Notes under the pieces: model-generated
Databases searched by the model: none
The model's input: the letters and a program-made list of their open reading frames with translations, nothing else
What the model was told of the DNA's origin: nothing
Position numbers and translations under genes: made by a program
Shown: positions 51,464 to 59,713 of the stretch, piece after piece
Numbering within the stretch: position 1 is the first letter of the stretch
Layout: each line of letters starts with the position of its first letter
Origin: Trueperaceae bacterium
Lineage (GTDB): Bacteria; Deinococcota; Deinococci; Deinococcales; Trueperaceae
DNA: 64,000 nucleotides
Assembly: GCA_034520945.1 (NCBI GenBank)
Contig: JAXHNB010000008.1
Coordinates: forward strand, 32,001 to 96,000
Direction: 5' to 3'

Positions 51464-52643
51464 CGGTGTCCCTTCGCTCGAGCCAGGCGTGGAGGTCTTC
51501 CTCGTACATGGGAGGGGCCAAGTGGTACCCCTGAGCGGCATCGCAGCCCAACTCGGTCAGGTACGCGAATACCTCGGCGTCCTCGACCCCTTCGGCGGTC
51601 ACGCGCAGACCGAGCCCGTGCGCCAGGCTGACGGTCGCGCGGACGATGGTTCGCGACTCGCGCGAGGTGGCCGCGTTCATGACGAAGCGGCGGTCGATCT
51701 TCAGCTCGGAGAACGGCTGTCGCGCCAGTTGCGTCAAGGTGGAGTGGCCCGTTCCGAAGTCGTCGATCGCCAGTCCGACGCCCTTGATGCGCAAGCGGGT
51801 GAGGATCGCCAACGCCTCCACCTCGTCGTCCGGCGTGGCGGTCTCCGTCAACTCCAGCACGACCCGGGCCAGGGCGATCCGATGCGTGGCGCAGAGACGT
51901 TCCAACCGGTCGACGATCGTGGCGTCCGTGAGGGACCGCGCCGATAGGTTCAACGCGACGTGCGTGGTGCCGTTCGGGTCCGTGCGTGCCAGCCAAGCCA
52001 GCGCCGTGCCGAACACGTGGTCGCTCAAGGCGTCGATCAGACCCTCGCGCTCGGCCAGCGGCACGAAGACGTCGGGCGGTACCACGCCGAGGGTCGGGTG
52101 GTGCCATCGCGCCAGGGCCTCGAATCCCAGCACGGCCCCTCCGGCGCAGGCGATCTTCGGCTGGTACGCCACGCCGATCTGCCTCGATTCCAGCGAGGCG
52201 CGAAGGGCCGCCACGTCGGGGCGGCCGCGCACCTGCGCCTCCGTGGCGCCGCCGCTCGTGGCGCCCGCGTGGACGGCGAGCAACGCGTGCAACGCCCGGG
52301 CCTCGAACGGCTTTGGCAGCGTGCCTGCGAGGCGCAAGCCGTGTTCCACGGCGCTTTGCCGCGCCGCCTCGAGAACTCGGCGTTCTAGCCCACTCGACAG
52401 AATCACGGAGCCCGCGTAGCCGTGGTCGGCCAACCGCCGCAGAACCTCGATCCCGTCCGTGCCAGGCATGTCGAGGTCCAGAACGACGTGGCTGGCGTCC
52501 GATGTCCGCAACGCGTCCCAGAACGCCTCGAATCGCGACGTCACCTGGACGGGGTAGCCCGCGTCCTCGACGATCATGCCGATCGTCGCGCCGACGAGCT
52601 CGTCGTCGTCCAGGACCAGGACATGGCTGGCGGGTTCGGTCAC
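51441..52643 (-). CDS. Response regulator with EAL c-di-GMP phosphodiesterase domain
   Basis: REC (LDDD, LDLDMP..DG, KPF); YQPK, FEALARW, LELTE, DDFGTG, ELKIDR, AEGVE, QGY. Confidence 0.93.
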   Translation of the reverse strand: MTEPASHVLVLDDDELVGATIGMIVEDAGYPVQVTSRFEAFWDALRTSDASHVVLDLDMPGTDGIEVLRRLADHGYAGSVILSSGLERRVLEAARQSAVEHGLRLAGTLPKPFEARALHALLAVHAGATSGGATEAQVRGRPDVAALRASLESRQIGVAYQPKIACAGGAVLGFEALARWHHPTLGVVPPDVFVPLAEREGLIDALSDHVFGTALAWLARTDPNGTTHVALNLSARSLTDATIVDRLERLCATHRIALARVVLELTETATPDDEVEALAILTRLRIKGVGLAIDDFGTGHSTLTQLARQPFSELKIDRRFVMNAATSRESRTIVRATVSLAHGLGLRVTAEGVEDAEVFAYLTELGCDAAQGYHLAPPMYEEDLHAWLERRDTDAPNVDA

Positions 52644-52895
52644 GGGCGTGCCGCGTCCATCCGCTCGACGCGTGCCCAGGTGAGGAAGCGGATTCGGTGC
52701 GGTTTACCGCCCCACGGCATGGGGCATTATGAATCAGGTCGGCGTCGCACGTGTCGGATCCCCTTCGTTCGGTGGCGCAGGCGACATCAGATCGTAGGTT
52801 CGCCCAACCTTTGGGGCGCGGCACATCGGCGCCTCCTCTGGCCCCAGCGTCATGGTCTGCTCGGTCGGTCAGAAGATCGGAATGATTCCGAGCTA

Positions 52896-52934
52896 TTGAC
52901 ACCGTTGCGCCCCACATATACCCTAGGGGGGTAT
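52896..52934 (+). promoter_or_regulatory. Sigma70 promoter (TTGACA-17-TACCCT) with CsoR/CstR/RcnR-type operator ATACCCTAGGGGGGTAT
   Basis: ATACCC...GGGTAT arms around a G tract overlap the -10. Confidence 0.7.
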
Positions 52935-52972
52935 CGTTCGGGCGCAAGCGAGCGCCCCCAAGGAGGACGACC

Positions 52973-53641
52973 ATGTCCGAAATCAGCGAAGCCCCCACCA
53001 CGAACGTTGCAGGCCTGCCCCGCCTGAACGAGCCCGCGCCTGCTTTCACGGCGCAGACCACGCAGGGCCAACTCTCTTTGACCGACTACCGAGGTAAGTG
53101 GGTGGTGCTGTTCAGCCACCCGGCCGACTTCACCCCGGTGTGCTCGACGGAGTTCATGGCCTTCGCCCATCATGCCGACGACTTCAGTCAGCGCGACACG
53201 CAGCTGATCGGCCTGTCGATCGACTCGGTGCACGCGCACCTCGCCTGGTTGCGCGATCTCGAGGAGATGTCCGGCGTCGAAGTGCCCTTCCCGGTGATCG
53301 CCGACCTGGATATGAAGGTCGCGCACGCCTTCGGGATGATCCATCCCGGCGCGTCGCAGACCGCGGCGGTGCGCGCGGTGTTCCTGATCGATCCCGAGGG
53401 GATCCTGCGCGGGATGCTGTACTACCCGCTCAGCGTCGGTCGCAGCATCCCCGAGATCCTGCGCTTCCTCGACGCCCTCCGCTTCAGCGACGAGCAGGGC
53501 ATGAGCACGCCCGCCGACTGGAATCCGGGCGACCCCGCCATCGTCGGCGCACCCAAGACGATGGACGAGATCCGGGCGGACGATCCAAGCAAGTACCACG
53601 AGTTCCGGCGTTGGTACTTGCGCTTGAACGAAGCGGCCTGA
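52973..53641 (+). CDS. Peroxiredoxin (Prx6/1-Cys type)
   Basis: FSHPADFTPVCSTE, VRAVF, GR.I.E..R, TPADW. Confidence 0.95.
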   Translation: MSEISEAPTTNVAGLPRLNEPAPAFTAQTTQGQLSLTDYRGKWVVLFSHPADFTPVCSTEFMAFAHHADDFSQRDTQLIGLSIDSVHAHLAWLRDLEEMSGVEVPFPVIADLDMKVAHAFGMIHPGASQTAAVRAVFLIDPEGILRGMLYYPLSVGRSIPEILRFLDALRFSDEQGMSTPADWNPGDPAIVGAPKTMDEIRADDPSKYHEFRRWYLRLNEAA

Positions 53642-53669
53642 CCGCCCGCGTCGACCCCGAAACGGATGC

Positions 53670-53706
53670 GCGACCTGGCGCCGTGAACATAGCGGCGCCA
53701 GGTCGC
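53670..53706 (+). terminator. Hairpin after the peroxiredoxin
   Basis: GCGACCTGGCGCCG...CGGCGCCAGGTCGC 14-bp inverted repeat. Confidence 0.6.
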
Positions 53707-53858
53707 CGTCGTTCGTTCGGTTACGCCGTGCGGGAGGAGCACGACCGGGCGTGACGAGCAGATCGAGCGCTCCCTGGGCCGGCTGCGGGAAGGTGCCATC
53801 GCAACGGCGTCACGTCGGACACCGTTGTACAGTGAGGGACGATAGGTGGGTGGTTCCG

Positions 53859-54896
53859 ATGAGTTCCAGTGCCGATCGCCGAGCTGCCGTCGCCGCCGTC
53901 GCGCAACGCACGACGGCACGTCTCTACGAACGCTTTCCCTCACTGACGGATCGGTACGGAGACGCGGGCCGGGCTCGTTGCGAAGAGGACGTTCGCTTTC
54001 ACGCCGGGTACCTGCTGGCGGCCGTCCGAAACGATTCGAGCGACTACTTCCGGAGTTACGTGCGGTGGTCGCGTCAGTTGCTGGCGGGGTACGGCATGGA
54101 CGCCGATATGCTCGAGGCCACCCTCGAGGTTCTCGGCGAGGAGGTCCGGTCCGAGCCCGTGCTGGTGCGTGACCGCGAGCGCGCCCTCGCGGCAGCCCTC
54201 GAGGCAGGGATCGCGGCGCTGCATGATGCCAACGACGAGGATGTGCTGGGCCCTGCCGTGTCGCGTGCGTTGGTCGCGCCGGCCTCGTTTGCGCAGGAAC
54301 TGATCCGCGAGCCGTCCCCGCAACTGTGGCGCCGCCTCGAAGCCGAGCTCGTGGAGGGGCGCAGCTACGAAGACGTCGCGGTCGGCATGATCGAGCCGGC
54401 AATGTACCAGGTCGGGCTTCTGTGGCAACAGGGCGAGATCTCGGTCGCGCTCGAACACCTGGCGACCAGCAAGGCGTCGTTGCTGTTGACGCGCGCATTC
54501 GCGGTGGCCAGCACGGACGCGTCGCTGGGCGAGCGGCGGGCCGTCTTCGCGGCGGTGGAGGGGAACCGCCATTCGATGGGGTTGCGGATGATCGCGGACA
54601 CCTTCTCGCTTCACGGCTGGGACGCCGACTACTTGGGCGCGGACGTCCCCGTTCGTGACCTGTTGACGCATGTCGACGCGGTTCGACCGGAACTCCTCGG
54701 CCTCGCCGCTACCATGCCGAACGACCTGGAGCGGATGGCGGACGTCATCGAGCGCGTCCGGCACGAATTCGGCCCCCAGGCGCCGCAGATCCTGGTCGGG
54801 GGCCTTCCGTTGCGCGAGATGCGCGACGCGTGGCGCGCGCTCGGCGCCGACGCTTGGGCCGCCGATGCCAGGGAGGCGGTCGATGCCGCCGGATGA
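53859..54896 (+). CDS. Phycobiliprotein-like globin + cobalamin-binding domain protein (photocobilin-like photoreceptor)
   Basis: N-terminal RYG..GRARCEEDVRFHAGYL..A...Y..W globin-like segment; W-x9-EH (WQQGEISVALEH); NRHSMG His ligand; YLG.DVP; ILVGG. Confidence 0.8.
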   Translation: MSSSADRRAAVAAVAQRTTARLYERFPSLTDRYGDAGRARCEEDVRFHAGYLLAAVRNDSSDYFRSYVRWSRQLLAGYGMDADMLEATLEVLGEEVRSEPVLVRDRERALAAALEAGIAALHDANDEDVLGPAVSRALVAPASFAQELIREPSPQLWRRLEAELVEGRSYEDVAVGMIEPAMYQVGLLWQQGEISVALEHLATSKASLLLTRAFAVASTDASLGERRAVFAAVEGNRHSMGLRMIADTFSLHGWDADYLGADVPVRDLLTHVDAVRPELLGLAATMPNDLERMADVIERVRHEFGPQAPQILVGGLPLREMRDAWRALGADAWAADAREAVDAAG

Positions 54897-55905
54897 CGTG
54901 ACGCGCCGACAGGATGTATCGACGGCGGCAGACCTGGTCCCGTACCTCGGGGAGGAACGATGGCTCGCGCTGCTCGAGCCGTTCTCGGCGGTGGTGTTCG
55001 GCGTCCTCGACGACGAGAGTCGCGTCGTGCGCACGAACCGGGGTTTCGACGCCCTGCTCGGACGGGGGGACGACACCTCGCCCGACGAGCGCTTGGCGTC
55101 GCGATTCGTCCAACCGACGTTCGCGGACCTTCGCGACGCCGAGCCCGACGAGAAGGCCGCGACGTTCCGCGGAATCCTGACGGTGCTGGACGAACGCGGC
55201 CGAAGCCACTCGGTGAACGGCGTGGCGCTGCGATTCGACACCGTCGTCATCGTGCTCGCCGAGCATGACGTGGCCGAGTACCGCACCATGTTCGAAGAGA
55301 TGCTCGAACTCAACGAGGAGCTCTCTCAGACGCACCGCGAGCTGATTCGGGCCCAGCGCGAACTGAAACGCCAGCGCGACCTTCTCGAGCACGAGTCGAC
55401 GACGGACGAGCTGACCGGCCTGCGCAACCGCAGGTTCCTGATGGAGCGAATGGGCGACGAGATCGCCCGCGCCGAGCGCCGTGACGTACCGCTCACGGTG
55501 GTGGCCTTCGACATCGATACGTTCAAAGCGGTCAACGACACCTTCGGTCACGCGGCTGGCGACGATGCCCTCAAGGCCGTGGCCGACGTGTTCCGGACCG
55601 AGAGTCGGGCCTACGACGTCGTCGGCCGGATGGGCGGCGACGAGTTCATCGCGGTGCTGCCCGATACGGCGCTCGACGACGCCGTCGCCTTGGCGGAACG
55701 GCTGTGCGCGGGCGTGCGCGACGTCGAGCTTTCGAGCGTGCCTCGAGGGCTGACCGCCAGCTTCGGCGTGGCGGCCCGCCGCAGCGGCGACGACCTGCAC
55801 GGGCTGCTCCGGCGGGCCGACCGGGCCCTGTACCGAGCCAAGAGGGCCGGAAGGAATCGCGTGCATGCCTTCGCCGGCGAGGACGACGCGGAGGCGGACA
55901 CGTGA
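54883..55905 (+). CDS. Diguanylate cyclase (PAS-like + coiled coil + GGDEF)
   Basis: DELTGLRNRR, DID.FK.VND.FGH.AGD, RAYD I-site, GGDEF, ADRALY.AK..GRN. Confidence 0.95.
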   Translation: MPPDDVTRRQDVSTAADLVPYLGEERWLALLEPFSAVVFGVLDDESRVVRTNRGFDALLGRGDDTSPDERLASRFVQPTFADLRDAEPDEKAATFRGILTVLDERGRSHSVNGVALRFDTVVIVLAEHDVAEYRTMFEEMLELNEELSQTHRELIRAQRELKRQRDLLEHESTTDELTGLRNRRFLMERMGDEIARAERRDVPLTVVAFDIDTFKAVNDTFGHAAGDDALKAVADVFRTESRAYDVVGRMGGDEFIAVLPDTALDDAVALAERLCAGVRDVELSSVPRGLTASFGVAARRSGDDLHGLLRRADRALYRAKRAGRNRVHAFAGEDDAEADT

Positions 55906-56210
55906 TCATGGTGGTGTCGCGCATCCGCATCGTCGCGGGCGATCCCGACGCGGTCGAACGGCAGTACCGCGAACGCGTGGGCCACGTCGATCGCGCCGAC
56001 GGCTTCCTCGGCATGGAGGTTCTGCGCGACCAGGACGATCCGGCGTCGTTCTGGGTGCAGGTGCGCTTCCGGGACCGCGCCGCGTACGACCGCTACAAAA
56101 GGAGCGACGCGTTTCGCGACGCGCACGCTCGCCTCGCCCTTCAGGACGAGAAGGTCCGAATCGACCCCGACGCGTACGACGTGCACGTGCTCGATGTCGT
56201 GGCTCGCTGA
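55902..56210 (+). CDS. Antibiotic biosynthesis monooxygenase (ABM) family, IsdG/MhuD-like
   Basis: SRIRI, GFLGMEVLR, SDAFRDAH (proximal His position); overlaps both neighbours. Confidence 0.75.
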   Translation: MIMVVSRIRIVAGDPDAVERQYRERVGHVDRADGFLGMEVLRDQDDPASFWVQVRFRDRAAYDRYKRSDAFRDAHARLALQDEKVRIDPDAYDVHVLDVVAR

Positions 56211-56913
56211 GCTTCGGGGCGATACGGCCGAGGCGTTCGCCTCGCTGCAGGCTTCGGCGCCGGCGTCGCTTCCAGACGAACTGTCGGAACGCCACGGCCG
56301 CCTCGGGTCGGCCTCGGCCACCATGCGGACCGAAGCGTGGCGCGGACCCGTCCTCGCCTGGGCACGCTGCGCCCGCCTCGACGCGCCACCTCGCAGCCGC
56401 GTCCTGTCGGTGCTGACGCTGCCCGACCCGAGCTATGACCTGCCGATGTTCGGTGCCGAGATCGTCGAGATCGGCGGGACCGTCACTGTCGTCGCGATCG
56501 ATTGGATTCCGGTCGCGCCGGACGGGCGTCACCTGGCGCCCCTGGCGGACGTGCGCGAGCGCCATCGCGACTTGCCGGAGGGGGGCGAGCTCCCCGCCTG
56601 GGCGGCCGCATGGTTCTCGCCCCATGCGATCTTCTCGCGACCGGCAGGCACGGTGTCGATCGACGGGATCGTGCACGCCTACCGGGACGCGCTCGGCGCC
56701 TACGTCGGCACCTGCCGTGACGCCGAGCCGGCCGGCGACCCGGTCGCGACCTGGGAGGCGCAGCGCCGCTACTGCGACGCGCACCGACGCGACGATCCGG
56801 GCAGCGCCATGCTGGCGCGGGCGTTCGGTGCGGCGTGGAGCGAGCGGTACGCGGAGGACGTCCTGTTTCCCGTGGCGCGCCCTCCCAACGGGGATGGCTG
56901 GTCTTCGTCGTAA
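56194..56913 (+). CDS. Ferredoxin-dependent bilin reductase family protein (PcyA/PebA/PebB fold)
   Basis: LPDPSYDLPMFGAEIV..VAIDWIP; ELPAWA..WFSP..IF.R; AQRRYC...RRDDP...L.RAFG.AWSERY..DVLFP. Confidence 0.82.
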   Translation: MSWLAELRGDTAEAFASLQASAPASLPDELSERHGRLGSASATMRTEAWRGPVLAWARCARLDAPPRSRVLSVLTLPDPSYDLPMFGAEIVEIGGTVTVVAIDWIPVAPDGRHLAPLADVRERHRDLPEGGELPAWAAAWFSPHAIFSRPAGTVSIDGIVHAYRDALGAYVGTCRDAEPAGDPVATWEAQRRYCDAHRRDDPGSAMLARAFGAAWSERYAEDVLFPVARPPNGDGWSSS

Positions 56914-56997
56914 TTCAGCGCCGACCCTTCATGCCCGTCTCGGTGACGTGACGGTGGCACTCTGCGTGCCATGATTGGTGGCAGAGGAGGTTGGCTC

Positions 56998-57261
56998 ATG
57001 CCGGCAACTTCGAAGAAGAATCTGCATGTTCCGCTGCCGCCGGAGCTTCATTCGGCCCTGAAGGAGCAGTCGAACCGCCTTCGAACGCCCGCTACGACCC
57101 TTGCTCGTGAGGCGATCGAGGAGTGGATTCGCCTTCGCAAGCGGGAACAGGTCGCTCAGGAACTCCGCGCATACGCCGATGAGATGGCGGGGACCGACGC
57201 GGACGTGGATCCGGCCTGGGAGGATGCGGGCGTCGACTCGTGGCTCGAGAACGACCCTTGA
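56998..57261 (+). CDS. RHH-type antitoxin
   Basis: KNLHVPLPPELH..L......L.REAIEEW; upstream TGGCAC-N5-GTGCCA palindrome; overlaps the toxin. Confidence 0.75.
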   Translation: MPATSKKNLHVPLPPELHSALKEQSNRLRTPATTLAREAIEEWIRLRKREQVAQELRAYADEMAGTDADVDPAWEDAGVDSWLENDP

Positions 57262-57608
57262 GGCGGGGCGAGGTTCATTGGGTGAATCTTCACCCGAGGA
57301 CCGGAAGTGAGCAGCGTGGGCACCGTCCGGCCGTGATCGTGTCCCACGATGTGTTCAACGTGCACCCGAGGTGGAACAGCTTGATCGTCGTCCCCATGAG
57401 CACGTCACAACGGCAGCTTCGCAATCAAGGGTCTTCGGTACGGATCGAGGCCGGGGAGAGCGGCCTACGCCGTACTTCCGTGGCGCTGTGCCACCAGGTC
57501 ACGACCATCGACCGCAGCAAGGTAGGTCAACCGGTGGGGATGCTCTCCTTGGCTGCGCTGCAACGGGTGGAGGACGGGTTGCGGGCGGCGTTGGACCTGC
57601 TGCCATGA
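57258..57608 (+). CDS. mazF: PemK/MazF family toxin
   Basis: RGEVHWVNL.P..GSEQ.G.RPAVIVS.D.FN, VVPMST, QVTTIDR. Confidence 0.92.
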   Translation: MRRGEVHWVNLHPRTGSEQRGHRPAVIVSHDVFNVHPRWNSLIVVPMSTSQRQLRNQGSSVRIEAGESGLRRTSVALCHQVTTIDRSKVGQPVGMLSLAALQRVEDGLRAALDLLP

Positions 57609-57671
57609 GGCGTTGGGACCAATGGGCGCCCGCTTGATCCGTTCGCACGGCTTCCCGCGCCGTGCGACAAG

Positions 57672-58982
57672 CTACTCGACCACGTCGTGAACGAGGTTTC
57701 GAACGCCGTGGGCGGAGGCGTGGCCGTCGGTCCGCGCCGGCCGATGGGGGTCCACGCCGCGGTCGCTGACCAAACCCTCCAACAGCCGCACCGCCCGCTG
57801 GGCCCCGCCGGCCGCCCTGAAGGCCTCCGCGACCCGTTCCGCCGCGGGCTTGCGTGAGCGGGCGTCACGCACGGCCGCGCGCAGGCGTTCGGGCGTGAGC
57901 TTGGCCTTCGGGACCATCACGCCTGCGCCGCAGTGCTCGGCGCGGCGGGCGGACTCGCTCTGGTCGCGTCCCCAGGGCACGACGCACACCGGCACGCCGG
58001 CGGCGAGGGCGCGCTGCACGGTGCCCATGCCGCCGTGCGTCACGACGGCGTCGACCTCGGGGATCACCGCGGCGTGTGGCAGGAAGCGGGTGATGCGAAC
58101 CCGGTCGTGCGGCGGCTGGAACGTGGACGGGTCCAGGGCGGAGGTGGTGACGATCACGCTGCCGGGTTCGTCGGCGAGTGCCTCGAGCGCGGTGGCGACG
58201 ATCGCGCCATCGTCCTGCAGCTCCGTCGACACGCTTACCAGAACGCGTGGGCGGGGAAGCTCGTGGAGCCAGGCGGGGGCCTCGCCGGGTGGGGCCCATA
58301 GGCCCGGGCCGATCGCGTGGAGATTCGCCGGCCAGTTGCTGCGCCGGTACTCGAACGGCTCGGCGGTGCGGTAGAGCAGCAGGTCGGCGCGGTCGAATAG
58401 CTCGAAGTGGCGGCGCAGCGGTGGGACGCCGAGCTCGGCGCGGAGCTGGTTCAGGCCGCGGGTGGACCCGCGGACCGCGCCCAGCATGGCGCGCCAGACG
58501 GCGCGGTCGCGAAGGCGGTGCAACGCGTGTCGGGGCGGCGCGAAGCCGGGACCGAACGCGGGCGTGTCGGGCGAGGGGACGGGCAGGGCGTACGGCAGGA
58601 ACATCGCCCAGGGGCGCCCCTGCGCCTCGGCGAACGCTGCGGCGCCCCAGGTGTTGGCGTCGATGATCAGCAGGTCGGGCGCGATCTCGGCGCTGGCGGC
58701 GCGCAGGTCGTCGACCTCGTGCGGTGCTCGCGCCAGCCAGCAGCGGAAGGCGGCCTGGACCTGCTTCAGTGGGCTGGAGGCGCGGTAGTCCTCCAAGGTC
58801 GTGGCTTCGATGGCCGGGGCGATCGGGCGGTGCTGCAGGCCTTCGCCCTCGACGCGCTCGCGTTCGGCGGCCAGCGTTTGGACCGTCACGTGGTGGCCGG
58901 CTTCGCGTAGCGCCACGGCCACGTCCATCATCGGGTAGAGGTGCCCGCGGGCGGGGGAGGTGTAGATCAGGACTCGGGGCAT
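57672..58982 (-). CDS. GT1 (MGT/UGT-like) glycosyltransferase
   Basis: PARGHLYP; FLPH..V...D.VVTHGGMGT...AL..GVP....P.GRDQ. Confidence 0.9.
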   Translation of the reverse strand: MPRVLIYTSPARGHLYPMMDVAVALREAGHHVTVQTLAAERERVEGEGLQHRPIAPAIEATTLEDYRASSPLKQVQAAFRCWLARAPHEVDDLRAASAEIAPDLLIIDANTWGAAAFAEAQGRPWAMFLPYALPVPSPDTPAFGPGFAPPRHALHRLRDRAVWRAMLGAVRGSTRGLNQLRAELGVPPLRRHFELFDRADLLLYRTAEPFEYRRSNWPANLHAIGPGLWAPPGEAPAWLHELPRPRVLVSVSTELQDDGAIVATALEALADEPGSVIVTTSALDPSTFQPPHDRVRITRFLPHAAVIPEVDAVVTHGGMGTVQRALAAGVPVCVVPWGRDQSESARRAEHCGAGVMVPKAKLTPERLRAAVRDARSRKPAAERVAEAFRAAGGAQRAVRLLEGLVSDRGVDPHRPARTDGHASAHGVRNLVHDVVE

Positions 58983-59554
58983 GGTGCCTCCAGCACGCCC
59001 CGGACCAGGCGCGTCATCACGCTGCGGGCCTGCGCTGGCGACCGTCCCAGGTCCAGGCGCAGCAACTTCCACAGGTAGAGGTCGGTGGCGGCCACGAGGG
59101 CGTCGATCGTGCCGCGCTCGCGGTCGGGGAGGCGCGGGGCGAAGGTGCGCTGGACCCACGCCCGGTGCACCTCGCGCCCCTGCTGGGCGGCGCGCTGTGC
59201 CAGCGCCTCGCCGCTGCGCTCTTGGGCGAGCAGGTTCAGCACCAGCCGACCTTCCGCCTCGTAGTGTTCGAGGAGGTCACCGATGGCCGCGTCGACGTCG
59301 CCGGGCGCGCTGCGGCTTCGCTGCGCCTCGACGCGGGCGGCGACGCGGTGGCCGACGGCGTCGATGCAGCCGTCGCGCGAGCCCATGTGGCGCAGCACCG
59401 TCTGTACGCTCACGCCGGCGCCGTCGGCGATGGCCTGCAGCGTGACCTCGCCGATGGGGTGAGCGGCCAGCAGCGCCTCGGCGCTGGCGGCGATGCGCTC
59501 GGCGGTGCGCTCGGTACGGCGGGCGCGGTGGGTCATGTCGTAGACGCGGGGCAC
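58967..59554 (-). CDS. TetR family transcriptional regulator
   Basis: TLQAIADGAGVSVQTVLRH HTH; GGAGGAGG RBS. Confidence 0.88.
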   Translation of the reverse strand: MPRVYDMTHRARRTERTAERIAASAEALLAAHPIGEVTLQAIADGAGVSVQTVLRHMGSRDGCIDAVGHRVAARVEAQRSRSAPGDVDAAIGDLLEHYEAEGRLVLNLLAQERSGEALAQRAAQQGREVHRAWVQRTFAPRLPDRERGTIDALVAATDLYLWKLLRLDLGRSPAQARSVMTRLVRGVLEAPCPES

Positions 59555-59590
59555 GTCGACCTCCTCCTCTCGGCGCTTCGGGGCGCGAGG

Positions 59591-59626
59591 TATTGATGTT
59601 AAGCGGATCCACATTTCGTGTCAATA
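59591..59626. promoter_or_regulatory. AT-rich inverted repeat, putative TetR operator/promoter
   Basis: TATTGA...TCAATA arms; minus-strand TTGACA. Confidence 0.5.
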
Positions 59627-59713
59627 GGGGTCACACGACTTCGTGCGTGTCGCCAGGCGACGCGCGTGTCACGGACACGAACGGCGCACGCGGAGGCACG
59701 TACACTGAGGCTG

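Noticed and set aside
53707..53830. Small ORF or cobalamin riboswitch upstream of the bilin operon
   Set aside because: A GGGAAGG is present but the rest of the B12-element consensus is not, and there is no convincing start or RBS for a separate gene.
53859..54896. Calling this CarH/LitR or a methyltransferase corrinoid protein
   Set aside because: There is no MerR HTH and no methyltransferase neighbour; the N-terminus is globin-like.
56194..56913. Assigning the symbol pcyA, pebA or pebB
   Set aside because: Family motifs are clear but the diagnostic catalytic residues differ, so orthology cannot be assigned by eye.
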